64,000 nt of DNA from Desulfobacterales bacterium (GTDB taxonomy: Bacteria; Desulfobacterota; Desulfobacteria; Desulfobacterales; UBA2245). The notes below the pieces were generated by a model. That model did no database searches, was not told the DNA's origin, and was given only the letters and a program-made list of their open reading frames with translations. The position numbers were made by a program, and so were the translations under genes. Positions 51,649 to 64,000 of this stretch are shown here, piece by piece (within the stretch, counting starts at the first letter, position 1; the number at the start of each line of letters is the position of its first letter). The stretch lies in NCBI GenBank assembly GCA_040771865.1, contig JAXGZF010000003.1, forward strand, positions 248,001-312,000, in the 5' to 3' direction.

Positions 51649-51659
51649 GCAGTTTGGAT

Positions 51660-51688
51660 CGTCTATCATTTTGAAGTTGTATTGTCAA
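51660..51688 (-). promoter_or_regulatory. Sigma70-type promoter for tRNA-Pro
   Basis: Minus strand TTGACA-N17-TAGACG with TG extension, 11 nt before the tRNA. Confidence 0.55.
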
Positions 51689-51767
51689 GAGAGTATGTGA
51701 TATTGAAAGAAGCAAGTAATATATTCTATAACTATCCGAAATACCTTGATAAAGAGGTTTTAATGCA

Positions 51768-52703
51768 ATGCCGCGCAGCGTAGAAAAATCAGCATTCGTG
51801 CGGCCCGGAAGGCTGGCGCCCGGAGACTGCATCGGAATCGCCGCTCCTGCCAGTCCTTTTGACAGGCAGCGTTTTGACCGGGGCGTTCACATGCTTCAGG
51901 AAATGGGATTTCAGACTATCATTGACGATGGCGTTTTTGAAACATCCGGTTATCTGGCCGGACCGGATGAGCATCGGGCGCAAATCATCAACCGCCTTTT
52001 TGCCCAAAAACACATCAAGGCGGTTTTCTGCGCAAGAGGGGGGTTCGGCTCCATGAAGATCCTGCCTTTTTTAGATTACCCGTCCATAAGCGGATCCCCG
52101 AAAATCGTGATCGGGTTCAGCGATGTGACCGCGCTTCTGACGGCTTTGCAGCAGAAGTGCGGTCTGGTGGTTTTTCATGGCCCCATGGTGACCACCTTGG
52201 CCGAATGTCCGGAAGAGACCGTCAAGAGTCTGCTTGCCGCGCTTTGTTCGGATTGCACCGTTGAACTCGTTGCCCGTAATCCCCATGTAATCCATTCTGG
52301 AACGGCTTACGGCAGAGTTTGCGGCGGAAACCTCTCCACCCTCTGCCATCTTGTGGGTACTCCATATATGCCTTGTTTCGAACACGCCATTCTCCTGCTT
52401 GAAGAAAGGGGGGAGCCGGTCTACCGGATCGACCGCATGCTGAGCCAGATGAAAATGGCCGGGTGTTTTTCAGGACTGGCCGGGCTGGTACTGGGGGATT
52501 TCCAGGATTGCGGTCCGATCGAACCGATTGTTCGCATCATCGAGCATGTCTTTGAGGATGTACCGATACCTATTGCCAGCGGTTTCAAGCTGGGCCATGA
52601 TTCCATCAATATGACGGCGCCCCTGGGTCTTGAGGCCATGCTGGATGCTCGGAGCGCCACGTTAAAATACCTCAGACCGGCAACGATCTCAACATGTGCA
52701 TAA
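51768..52703 (+). CDS. ldcA: LD-carboxypeptidase (S66)
   Basis: YLAGPD..RA, CARGGFG, GFSDVTAL, FHGPM, GGNLS, LEE, LGHD. Confidence 0.9.
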   Translation: MPRSVEKSAFVRPGRLAPGDCIGIAAPASPFDRQRFDRGVHMLQEMGFQTIIDDGVFETSGYLAGPDEHRAQIINRLFAQKHIKAVFCARGGFGSMKILPFLDYPSISGSPKIVIGFSDVTALLTALQQKCGLVVFHGPMVTTLAECPEETVKSLLAALCSDCTVELVARNPHVIHSGTAYGRVCGGNLSTLCHLVGTPYMPCFEHAILLLEERGEPVYRIDRMLSQMKMAGCFSGLAGLVLGDFQDCGPIEPIVRIIEHVFEDVPIPIASGFKLGHDSINMTAPLGLEAMLDARSATLKYLRPATISTCA

Positions 52704-53818
52704 AACAGCCGGACGTCATCATACCTTGCGGATGGCATGATATCGACACGCTGATGAGGCGCGCTCTGGCGGATCGGGTTTTTCCCGGGGGGGTGCTGTG
52801 GGTTTCCAGGGAGGGTCGGGTGGAGTTTGCATGCGCCTATGGATATGCGAACATTTTTACTGCAAAGCCCGTAACTCTGAACACGGCGTTTGATCTGGCC
52901 TCCTTAACCAAACCGCTGGCGACCGGGCTGGCGGTCATGAATCTCATGGCGCGGGGCAGGCTGGATCTGGAGCAGAACATCGCTTCTGTCCTGCCCGCTT
53001 TCGTCGATTCCGGGAAAGATGAAATACGGCTTTATCAGCTGCTTTCACATACTTCCGGGCTGCCGGATTATCAACCTTATTATAAAGAGATTTCCGGACT
53101 TTCCTGGCGTATTCGAAAGCCGTCCCTGAGGCGGCTTCTTGTAGAGGAACCCCTGGTCGGCTTGCCGGGGCGGGAGAGGGTATACAGCGATCTGGGATTC
53201 ATGATCCTTGAGTGGATTGTGGAGGCAGCGGCGGGGACGGGTCTGGACTGTTTTGTGTATGAAAACATCTACCGGCCTCTGGGAATCGAATCTCTTTTTT
53301 TTACGGATTCCCTGAAAGGCCACCGGCGGGAATGCGATTTTGCCGCAACCGAACTCTGCCCCTGGCGCGGAAGGCTTCTGGAGGGCATGGTTCATGATGA
53401 TAACGCTTATTCCGCCGGAGGCGTCGGGGGACATGCCGGTCTTTTCGGAACAGCCGGAGACGTGCATTCGCTGCTTTTCGAACTTTTCAGAGGATATGAA
53501 AATGATCCGGCATGTTTTTTCCCGCCCGATCTGGTCCGTGAATTTCTGACACCGAGAACCTGCTTTCAGGGCTGCCTTGGGTTTGATCAGCCTTCAGCCG
53601 AGGGGTCGAGCAGCGGCCGCTATTTCTCCAAGCACAGCGTCGGGCATCTCGGATTTACGGGAACTTCTTTCTGGATGGATTTGAGCCGTTCAATCATCAT
53701 AATTCTATTGACCAACCGGGTGCATCCCCGGCGGGATAACTGCAAGATCAAAGCATTTCGACCGGTTGTTCACGACAGAATCATGCAAAGGCTTTTGAGC
53801 GGCAGGTGCCAGGAATGA
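52694..53818 (+). CDS. Serine hydrolase (beta-lactamase-like family)
   Basis: FDLASLTK (SxxK), LLSHTSGL, YSDLG, VHDDNA, GHAGLFG, GHLGFTGTS, LLTNRVHP. Confidence 0.85.
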   Translation: MCIKQPDVIIPCGWHDIDTLMRRALADRVFPGGVLWVSREGRVEFACAYGYANIFTAKPVTLNTAFDLASLTKPLATGLAVMNLMARGRLDLEQNIASVLPAFVDSGKDEIRLYQLLSHTSGLPDYQPYYKEISGLSWRIRKPSLRRLLVEEPLVGLPGRERVYSDLGFMILEWIVEAAAGTGLDCFVYENIYRPLGIESLFFTDSLKGHRRECDFAATELCPWRGRLLEGMVHDDNAYSAGGVGGHAGLFGTAGDVHSLLFELFRGYENDPACFFPPDLVREFLTPRTCFQGCLGFDQPSAEGSSSGRYFSKHSVGHLGFTGTSFWMDLSRSIIIILLTNRVHPRRDNCKIKAFRPVVHDRIMQRLLSGRCQE

Positions 53819-54060
53819 AATATGTAAATTTATTAATTCCAAGCGGTTCCGATTCGATGGTGGTTGCCTTGCCGATAATTTTTCTTGTCATGGACCGATA
53901 TTTTTGTTAGCCATTCCGATGGAGTTTTTCAATAAAGAATTTATCTCCGGGTGTCGTCATCAAATATCTGACCGGGCGTTCAGATGCGGAAGAAAAGTGT
54001 TGACGGCTTAATTTTCAGCTTAAATGATAACGGATAATATCGCTTCCATCCTTTAAATGA

Positions 54061-55110
<1,050 letters not shown>

Positions 55111-55114
55111 CCGC

Positions 55115-55948
55115 ATGTTTTCAAGAAAAACGCTGATGATAGCAGGGGTGCTGATCTTGATCACGATCAGCATCATTGCTCTTTCGATGACCAGTCGACG
55201 GCATGTCACCGATGAGCCCGGTCCGATCGCTATTGCATTTATACCGCCCTTTCAGAAAATTTTGACGCATTTGACGAACGCCGCCCAGGATTTATGGCGG
55301 CATTATTTTGATCTGGTTCGAACGGCCCATGAAAACGATCGGCTTCGGCATGCATTGGCGCTGTCCGTTGAGGAATCCCGAAAGTGCCGGGAAGTCGAGC
55401 TTGCCAATCAACGCCTTAGAGATCTGCTGAAATTTAAAGAAATGGAGGTCTTCGACATTCTGGCGGCGGAAGTCGTCGGCCGCGACCCCTCGGTATGGTT
55501 CAAAACAATTGTCATCGACAAGGGAAAAATCGACGGCGTGACTAAAGGGCTTCCGGTCGTCAGCGCTCAGGGAATTGTCGGGCAGGTGATCTCCTCAGGA
55601 AACCGTTATGCCAAAGTATTGCTCCTGACGGATCCGGCCAGCGCAGCAGATGCCCTGATTCAAAGATCCCGCAGTCGAGGCGTAGTCAAGGGGAATGCCG
55701 CTCCCGACTGTCTTTTCGATTACGCAGTGAGAAATGATGATATCCAGATTGGAGATTGGGTGATTTCTTCAGGCCTTGACGGCGTCTATCCGAAGGGATT
55801 GGTGATCGGACAGGTGACCAGGCTGATGCGTCCGAATGATGATCTTTTTCAGGAAGTGATCGTTTCACCTGCCGTGGATTTCGAAAAAATCGAAGAGGTG
55901 CTGATCATTTTGAATCCGGAGAAACCAGGGGAAGAGCGCATTCCATGA
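55115..55948 (+). CDS. mreC: Rod shape-determining protein MreC
   Basis: N-terminal TM, coiled coil, IDKG..DGV, SSGLDGVYPKGL. Confidence 0.92.
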   Translation: MFSRKTLMIAGVLILITISIIALSMTSRRHVTDEPGPIAIAFIPPFQKILTHLTNAAQDLWRHYFDLVRTAHENDRLRHALALSVEESRKCREVELANQRLRDLLKFKEMEVFDILAAEVVGRDPSVWFKTIVIDKGKIDGVTKGLPVVSAQGIVGQVISSGNRYAKVLLLTDPASAADALIQRSRSRGVVKGNAAPDCLFDYAVRNDDIQIGDWVISSGLDGVYPKGLVIGQVTRLMRPNDDLFQEVIVSPAVDFEKIEEVLIILNPEKPGEERIP

Positions 55949-56472
55949 CATATATATATTATGCCCTGATCTGTCTGACCCTGATTGTCTTTCAGACATC
56001 CGTCGTGCCCTGCCTGATGCCTTCTCACTTTTTTTATGATGCCCTGATTCCGTTTATCGTCTATCTTGGCGTTTTTCAGCCGGGCTACGGATCATTTGCT
56101 TTTTTACTGGTTCTGGGGCTGATCATGGATGGATTGTCAGGCGGCGCGTATGGGGTCTACCTGGCTACCTATGTGTGGCTGTACGCCGGCGTCCGCTTGT
56201 TGGGCAGGATATTTCGGTTGAGAAACAGTGTGATCCTCTTGATTATTCTGGTGTCGGGCGTTTGTCTTGAAAATGCTGTTTTTTGGGGATCGATTCTTCT
56301 GTCAGGACAGGGAGCGCGAATGTATTGGTTTCCGATTCAGTCTATCGGTATGCAAGTATTGTGGACGGCATTGGCCGGATTGATTTTGATCAAGATTTTT
56401 GAAACGCTGCAGAAGCTCTGGAGCCATCGCATTCGCGCCCTCCGAACCGGAAAAACCAATGTTCTCGGGTAG
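55945..56472 (+). CDS. mreD: Rod shape-determining protein MreD
   Basis: Multi-TM protein between mreC and mrdA; GLIMDGLSG. Confidence 0.75.
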   Translation: MTYIYYALICLTLIVFQTSVVPCLMPSHFFYDALIPFIVYLGVFQPGYGSFAFLLVLGLIMDGLSGGAYGVYLATYVWLYAGVRLLGRIFRLRNSVILLIILVSGVCLENAVFWGSILLSGQGARMYWFPIQSIGMQVLWTALAGLILIKIFETLQKLWSHRIRALRTGKTNVLG

Positions 56473-56562
56473 CGTGATTCTTCTGTTTTCAATCGTGGCG
56501 TTTTACAATGTCTGCATTTATCCGAATTTTATGAGCAGGTTTCTATGCCCTAAGCTGAATAA

Positions 56563-58434
56563 GTGAGATATTCATTGAACAGTTACCTGAAATCAGTGGA
56601 TACGGATTGGTATAAACAGCGGCTGTCGGGTGCGATGCTCTGGGCCATGGCGGGATTTTTTCTGCTTTTTACACGGTTTTTTTATTTGCAGATCATAGAA
56701 GGCGAGGAGTTCAAAAGGCTCTCCGAAAACAACTGCATTCGTCTGCAAACCATTGATCCCCCCCGTGGGTTGATCTTTGACGCCAAGGGCAGCCTGCTGG
56801 TCGATAACCGTCCTTCGTTCAATCTTGGCATTGTTGTCAAGGACGCCCGGTTTCTGGAACAGACCCTTGAGAAACTTGCCGAGTGCATTCAGGAGTCTCC
56901 CGAAGCGCTCATGGAAAAGATTCGATCTTCCAGAGGCGTGCCTCCCCATAAGCCCGTTATTCTGAAAAGCGATATTGATCGTGATTTGCTTGCGGTCGTA
57001 GAGGTCCATAAGTTCGAACTTCCGGGGGTTGAAGTGATTGTGCAGCCGGTTCGAAATTATGCGTTCGGCAGCAATGCAGTTCACCTGATCGGCTACGTGG
57101 GACAGATCAATGCCGCTGAATTAAAGACCGAGCGCTATGCGGGATATAATCCAGGGGATTTGATCGGCAAGTGCGGTGTTGAAAACGTTTACGAACGATT
57201 TTTACGGGGGGAAACGGGGGGAAGGCAAATCGAGGTGAATGCTACGGGACGGGTTGTAAGGGTGCTGCAAACCTTAAACGCCAAGCCCGGCCATAATGTT
57301 TATCTGAGCATCGATCAAGAACTGCAGGAAAAAGCCGAAAGTCTTCTGGCCGATCAAGCCGGCGCCGTGGTCGCGATGGATCCCCGCAACGGGCGCATTC
57401 TCGTTCTGGCCAGCAGCCCTTCTTTTGATCCCAATTCATTTGTTGCCGGCATGAGCCGCGCAGACTGGGAGGCATTGATTTCAGGGGCCAACCGCCCACT
57501 GGAAAACAAGGCAATTCAGGGAGAATATCCCCCGGCGTCCACCTTTAAAATTATCACCGCCATGGCCGGTCTTGAGGAGGGCGTTATCACTGAGCACACA
57601 AAGATCTTCTGCAACGGCTTTTACCGGTTCGGAAATCGGGATTATCGGTGCTGGAAAAAAGAAGGACATGGATGGATGAGTGTTGTTGACGCCCTGGCGG
57701 AATCCTGCGATGTTTTTTTTTACGAGGTCGGCCAGCGTCTCGGCGTTGACCGTATCGCCAGATACGCAAAGGCCTGCGGTCTGGGAACGAGAACCAGAAT
57801 CGGACTGGATCATGAGGGGGCGGGGCTGGTTCCAACGTCCGAATGGAAGAAGCAAAGATACGGTGTCGGCTGGCAGCGCGGCGAGACTCTGTCAGTCGCC
57901 ATCGGGCAGGGATATAATCTGACCACGCCACTTCAGATGCTTTCGGTTGCGGCGGCGGTGGCCAATAACGGTCAATTGAAGAAACCTTATGTGGTGGATG
58001 CTATGGAAGCCCCGGATGGAACAATGGTCTACGGGGCGGTAGAGCATTCCGCTGGCCGGATACCGGCCAGCGAAAATACCCTGTCCATTATTAAAAAAGG
58101 GCTGTGGAAAGCGGTTAACGGAAATCGCGGCACTGCCGGAATTGCGAGGATCCATGGTGTTGAGGTGAGCGGCAAAACAGGCACCGCTCAGGTGATCGGC
58201 CGCAAGGACTCGGATTCATTCCGGAAAGTTGAAAGCAGACAACATCTGAAATCGCATGCGTGGTTTATTGCCTACGCGCCTTCGGAAAATCCGGTTATTG
58301 CCGTGAGTGTGATCGTAGAACATGGTGAACACGGTTCGAGTGCGGCTGCGCCTGTTGCCCGGGATGTCATTGCCGCTTATCTGGGAAAGAATAAACCCGC
58401 AGATGCGGCCACTCCGAAAGAAGAGATTCGCTGA
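56563..58434 (+). CDS. mrdA: Penicillin-binding protein 2
   Basis: PPRGLIFD, YPPASTFK (SxxK), ESCDVFFY, GKTGTAQ. Confidence 0.95.
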   Translation: MRYSLNSYLKSVDTDWYKQRLSGAMLWAMAGFFLLFTRFFYLQIIEGEEFKRLSENNCIRLQTIDPPRGLIFDAKGSLLVDNRPSFNLGIVVKDARFLEQTLEKLAECIQESPEALMEKIRSSRGVPPHKPVILKSDIDRDLLAVVEVHKFELPGVEVIVQPVRNYAFGSNAVHLIGYVGQINAAELKTERYAGYNPGDLIGKCGVENVYERFLRGETGGRQIEVNATGRVVRVLQTLNAKPGHNVYLSIDQELQEKAESLLADQAGAVVAMDPRNGRILVLASSPSFDPNSFVAGMSRADWEALISGANRPLENKAIQGEYPPASTFKIITAMAGLEEGVITEHTKIFCNGFYRFGNRDYRCWKKEGHGWMSVVDALAESCDVFFYEVGQRLGVDRIARYAKACGLGTRTRIGLDHEGAGLVPTSEWKKQRYGVGWQRGETLSVAIGQGYNLTTPLQMLSVAAAVANNGQLKKPYVVDAMEAPDGTMVYGAVEHSAGRIPASENTLSIIKKGLWKAVNGNRGTAGIARIHGVEVSGKTGTAQVIGRKDSDSFRKVESRQHLKSHAWFIAYAPSENPVIAVSVIVEHGEHGSSAAAPVARDVIAAYLGKNKPADAATPKEEIR

Positions 58435-59541
58435 ATGTTTGATCGAAGGCTTTTGCAGAACTTTGAATGGAGGCTTCTTGCGCTTTGTTTCACCTTGAGC
58501 GTTTTAGGCCTTATTGCACTTTACAGCGCCGTTTCGGCCGGATCACCTGATCCCCAGATGTCGCTTTTTTACAAGCAATTGATATGGTTTGGCACAGGCG
58601 CCGTTTTGATGATTCTGGCCTTTGCCTTGAATTATAAAATTCTGGATAAATGGGCCAACTTTATTTATGTCGGATGCATCGCCTTGCTGGTCGCGGTTTT
58701 GGTGATGGGAAAATATGCCGGCGGTTCTCGACGCTGGCTGCTTCTCGGACCGGTTTCCATTCAGCCTTCGGAGCTGATCAAGCTGGTCTTGATCATCGTA
58801 CTGTCCCGGTATTATTCAAAACTGACCAAGACCAACGGCTACACTCTGCGCGAACTGATTTTTCCGGCTTTTGCGGTGCTGGTACCCTGCGCTCTGATCA
58901 TCAAGCAGCCGGACCTGGGAACTGCCATGCTTTTGATCCTGATCGCCGGTTCGGTCACACTTTTTGTTAAAATCGAGCGCAGATCCTTCTGGATGCTGAT
59001 CTCGGGGACCATCGTGATGGCGCCCCTGGTTTGGTTTTTCCTGAAGGGGTATCAGAAACAAAGGATTCTGACCTTTCTGGATCCGGATCGGGATCCCCTG
59101 GGCGCAGGGTATCATATCATTCAATCGAAAATTGCGATCGGATCCGGAATGCTGACCGGCAAGGGGTTCCAGCATGGGACGCAAAACATCCTTTCTTTTC
59201 TGCCCGAACATCATACCGATTTTATTTTTTCGGTGTTTGCCGAAGAGTGGGGATTTGCGGGATCAGTTGTTTTGCTTGCCGGCTTTATGATTCTGATCAT
59301 CTGGGGGTTGAGCATCGCTTATCGGTGCAGAGATCCGTTCGGAGTTATTCTTTCCTTTGGAATAACGGCCATGATTTTCTGGCAGGCATTTATCAATATG
59401 GGTATGGTCATGGGGCTGATGCCGGTGGTGGGCGTTCCATTGCCATTGATCAGTTACGGGGGATCTTCGGTGGTAACCAATCTGATTTCAATAGGCCTGT
59501 TGATGAATATCAGCATGAGGCGGTTTATGTTCGACTCTTAA
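58435..59541 (+). CDS. rodA: Rod shape-determining protein RodA
   Basis: IQPSELIK, QPDLGTA, GYHIIQSKIAIGSG, LPEHHTDFIF, PLISYGGSS. Confidence 0.95.
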   Translation: MFDRRLLQNFEWRLLALCFTLSVLGLIALYSAVSAGSPDPQMSLFYKQLIWFGTGAVLMILAFALNYKILDKWANFIYVGCIALLVAVLVMGKYAGGSRRWLLLGPVSIQPSELIKLVLIIVLSRYYSKLTKTNGYTLRELIFPAFAVLVPCALIIKQPDLGTAMLLILIAGSVTLFVKIERRSFWMLISGTIVMAPLVWFFLKGYQKQRILTFLDPDRDPLGAGYHIIQSKIAIGSGMLTGKGFQHGTQNILSFLPEHHTDFIFSVFAEEWGFAGSVVLLAGFMILIIWGLSIAYRCRDPFGVILSFGITAMIFWQAFINMGMVMGLMPVVGVPLPLISYGGSSVVTNLISIGLLMNISMRRFMFDS

Positions 59542-59559
59542 AACGCTGCGGAGATAAAG

Positions 59560-59994
59560 ATGGGAAAAAGAAACAATCCCGGTATCATTACGACGTTTCT
59601 GGGCGCAGAGGATTCGGTGGACGGAGAGGTCCGATTCGGCGGTTCCATTCGACTCGATGGCAGAGTCCGGGGGAAAATTATTTCCGAAGCCGGAACACTC
59701 ATTATCGGAGAGAAGGCAGTTATCGAGGGGAATATTTCAGTGGGAATCGCCATCGTCATGGGGAGCGTTACGGGTAACATCGAAGCCCGAGATCGTGTCG
59801 AAATCTACCCGCCTGCCCGGATTTTCGGCGACATCGTTGCGCCGGTCATGTCGGTTGAAACTGGTGCGGAATTGAACGGAACCTGCAACATGACTCCCAG
59901 AATGGTTGCCAGACGATCTGAGGGGAATTTCTCGATGGAGTCATCGCAAGCGGCCGAAATTATTGAGGTCGATAAAGACGCAAAAAACCTTTGA
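59560..59994 (+). CDS. Bactofilin (polymer-forming cytoskeletal protein)
   Basis: TFLG...VDGEV.F.GSIRLDGRVRG, LIIGEKAVIEGNI, GAELNGTCNM. Confidence 0.88.
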   Translation: MGKRNNPGIITTFLGAEDSVDGEVRFGGSIRLDGRVRGKIISEAGTLIIGEKAVIEGNISVGIAIVMGSVTGNIEARDRVEIYPPARIFGDIVAPVMSVETGAELNGTCNMTPRMVARRSEGNFSMESSQAAEIIEVDKDAKNL

Positions 59995-60106
59995 CAATAC
60001 GAGGCGCATAATGCTATGTGATTTTCTTTGATTCTTATATTGGAAAAGTGCTTGGCTCAACTTTGAGTAGATCGGGTAATCTAATTAATGCAACGGAGGA
60101 CCGCCT

Positions 60107-60532
60107 ATGATTAAGGTCGATGCGTCTCTATTGTGGCAGATGGTCAATTTTATCATTCTGATTTTGGCCCTGAATTATGTTCTGTTCAAGCCCATTCGGA
60201 GGGTGCTGCTTCAGAGAAAAGAAAAAATTAAGGATTTGAACGATAGCGCTGTAGCGGCCGCGACCGGAGCCAAAGAGAGGGCTGAAGCTCTTGCGGCGGG
60301 CATTAAAGAGGCTAGGGAGCGCGGTTTGCAGAAGAAGGAAGAGTTGTTGCAGGCAGCTGCCAGTGAAGAGAAGGCCTTGATTGAGAAGATCAACAAGAAG
60401 GCTGTGCAAGATCTTGCGGCTGCAAAGAAAAAGATCGAATCGGAAATCGATGACGTGAGGGCTGCGCTGAAAAAGGAGATCGGAGGATTTGCCAAGGCGA
60501 TTGGTGAAAAAATTCTTGGGAGGGCCGTTTGA
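60107..60532 (+). CDS. ATP synthase F0 subunit b'
   Basis: QMVNFIILILALNYVLFKPI...R followed by a coiled coil; GGAGG RBS. Confidence 0.85.
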   Translation: MIKVDASLLWQMVNFIILILALNYVLFKPIRRVLLQRKEKIKDLNDSAVAAATGAKERAEALAAGIKEARERGLQKKEELLQAAASEEKALIEKINKKAVQDLAAAKKKIESEIDDVRAALKKEIGGFAKAIGEKILGRAV

Positions 60533-61218
60533 TGAGAAGATCGGGTGTTAACCGGAAGTTTTTCTGGGCGATGCTGTGCGTAATGGCGATGCTTCTGTCC
60601 CTTTCAGCGGGATCCGCTCTGGCTTCGTCTGAAGGCGGCGGGCATGGGGCAGGTCCGGCAGAGGGTGCTGTCAGCGAAGCGCAAGGCCATGAACAGAGCG
60701 CTCATGATACCGCCGAAGGCGGCGGTCACGCGGCGGAATCCAAGCACTGGGAAATAACCGACACCTACAAGACCATGAACTTTGTGGTTCTGGTTGCCGG
60801 TTTGTTTTTCCTCTTGAAAAAGCCGGCCACACAGGCACTTAATGCCAGAATTCTCGCCATTAAAGAACAGCTAGCCGAACTCGAGAAAAAGAAAGAGGAA
60901 GCCGAACTGCTTCTCGCCGAACACAATGAACGCATTTCCAGGCTGGGCGAGGAGGCCGACAGGATTCTTGAAGAGTCTATCAAGCAGGGTGAGGAAGCAA
61001 AGGCCAGAATTCTGAAAGAGGCTGCTGATTCGGCTGAACGGCTTGAGGAACAGGCCAAACGCAGTGTCGCTTATGAGTTCAAGCAGGCCAGGCAGCGGTT
61101 GCGTGAAGAAGTTCTTGAACAGGCGCTTGCAGAGGCGGAAAAGCTCATCATTAAAAAAATTAAACCGCAGGACCAGGAGCGACTTGCGGGTGAATTTTTA
61201 GAGAAGGTGGTGGCATAG
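60529..61218 (+). CDS. atpF: ATP synthase F0 subunit b with N-terminal extension
   Basis: Signal-like segment, His/Gly-rich linker, MNFVVLVAGLFFLLKKP, coiled coil. Confidence 0.85.
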   Translation: MMRRSGVNRKFFWAMLCVMAMLLSLSAGSALASSEGGGHGAGPAEGAVSEAQGHEQSAHDTAEGGGHAAESKHWEITDTYKTMNFVVLVAGLFFLLKKPATQALNARILAIKEQLAELEKKKEEAELLLAEHNERISRLGEEADRILEESIKQGEEAKARILKEAADSAERLEEQAKRSVAYEFKQARQRLREEVLEQALAEAEKLIIKKIKPQDQERLAGEFLEKVVA

Positions 61219-61765
61219 TGAAAAATTTAGCAATAGCAAGGCGTTATGCCAAGGCACTTCTGTTGATCGGGCAAGAGGACGGCAAGGCGGAGGCGTATGG
61301 AAGCGAATTGCAAATACTGGCGGATTTGACCAAAGATTCAAGTCTTGGCCAGGTGTTGACCAACCCGCTCCATGATGCTTCGGCTCGGAAAAACATACTG
61401 AATAATTTGATAAAGAAGCTGAAGCTTTCCAAGGCGATGCGGGCCTTTCTCCTGTTGCTGTTCGATAAGGGGCGCATTGGATTTGTTGCACAGATCAGTC
61501 AATTCTACAACAAGCTGGCGGATGAGGCAAAAGGCATCGCGCAAGCCAGCTTGGTTTCGGCAACTGAACTTTCATCCGAAACCATAAAGAAGATTCAAGA
61601 CGGTCTTTCAAAGATGGCCGGAAAAAAGGTTGTCCTGGAGGTAAGACAGGATCCTGAGCTGATCGGCGGTATCGTTGCGCGTATCGGGGACCTTGTATTG
61701 GATGGCAGCGTGAAAACGCAAATGCTGAAGATGAGGGAATCTTTAAAAAGGGGTGAGAGTGTCTA

Positions 61766-61766
<1 letters not shown>
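61218..61766 (+). CDS. atpH: ATP synthase subunit delta
   Basis: [23 protein letters not shown]. Confidence 0.93.
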
Positions 61767-63283
<1,517 letters not shown>

Positions 63284-63323
63284 GGCCGAATATCAACTAA
63301 AAGCGATATAGGGGCTGATTCAT

Positions 63324-64000
63324 ATGGCAACGTTAAAAGAAGTAAAAACAAAGATATCTGCGGTTAAGAAGACGAAGCAGATTACAAAGGCCATGAATAT
63401 GGTTGCTGCTTCCAAGTTGCGCGGCGCTCAGGCGAAGATGGAAAGTTTTCGTCCGTACGCGGGAAAGTTTGCCGAGGTTCTGGGAAGCCTTGCCGGAAGT
63501 GCCGCCGACGACGCCAGTCCGTTGCTGGTACCCCGAGATGAGGTCAAAAAAATCAATGTTGTTCTGTGTACATCCGACAGAGGACTGTGCGGTGGTTTTA
63601 ATTCGAATCTTATTGACAGGGCCGCAAAATTCCGGGCAGCTCAGGCTGCCAAAGGGGTAGAAGTTTCATTCACGGCTTTTGGAAAGAAGGGACGCGACTG
63701 GTGCAGAAAATCAAATTTTCCGATTGTAGATGCATATCTCGGCGTTGTTGGAGGAACATTTGATTTCAGCGTTGCGAACGCTTCCGGACGGAAGTTGATT
63801 AAGGCGTTTGAGGACGGTGAGTTTGATGAGGTTCATGTCATCTACAGCGAATTTATTGGAATGGCCAGACAGATTCCCGTAGTCAGACAGCTGCTTCCGA
63901 TTCCCCCTCTATCGAAAGAACCGGATTTCGAGGAAATAGAGGAAATCGGTAAAGAAAGCCATGTTGAACATATTTGCGAGCCCTCTGCAGACGCTTTGAT
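63324..64000 (+). CDS. atpG: ATP synthase subunit gamma, 3'-truncated by the window edge
   Basis: Translated by hand: MATLKEVKTKISAVKKTKQITKAMNMVAASKLR...TSDRGLCGGFN. Confidence 0.95.
   Translation, partial: MATLKEVKTKISAVKKTKQITKAMNMVAASKLRGAQAKMESFRPYAGKFAEVLGSLAGSAADDASPLLVPRDEVKKINVVLCTSDRGLCGGFNSNLIDRAAKFRAAQAAKGVEVSFTAFGKKGRDWCRKSNFPIVDAYLGVVGGTFDFSVANASGRKLIKAFEDGEFDEVHVIYSEFIGMARQIPVVRQLLPIPPLSKEPDFEEIEEIGKESHVEHICEPSADAL

Overview
This window looks like core chromosome from a Desulfobacterota (probably Desulfobacterales-like) anaerobe; the taxon is inferred from gene content and order. Most of it is housekeeping: speB, ubiE/menG, fhs, gap-tpiA-secG-tRNA-Leu, kdsA-kdsC-lptCAB-rpoN-hpf-ptsN-rapZ, thpR-recA-alaS, glmM/glmU-like/glmS-like, pyrG, eno, surE, gspF, tRNA-Pro, ldcA, mreBCD-mrdA-rodA-bactofilin and atpF'FHAG. 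The stand-out is an accessory locus at about 36.6-43.4 kb. It holds a hybrid sensor kinase and an orphan periplasmic binding protein, divergent from a TonB-dependent receptor, a 36-aa Cys-Cys precursor peptide missing from the ORF track (41764-41874, with its own RBS and terminator) and a geopeptide-type radical SAM/SPASM maturase. Together these suggest a modified-peptide (RiPP) signalling circuit. Other features not in the ORF track: a candidate sigma54-driven ~68-nt sRNA with paired upstream palindromes, three copies of a 143-144 bp MITE with 4-bp target duplications, and a decayed Fic gene. Unusual proteins include a 1250-aa GlmS-like protein with an internal catalytic Cys, a GlmU-like protein lacking the uridyltransferase domain, and a queuosine-mannosyltransferase-like glycosyltransferase. 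All family calls come from motif recognition by eye; no database searches were run.
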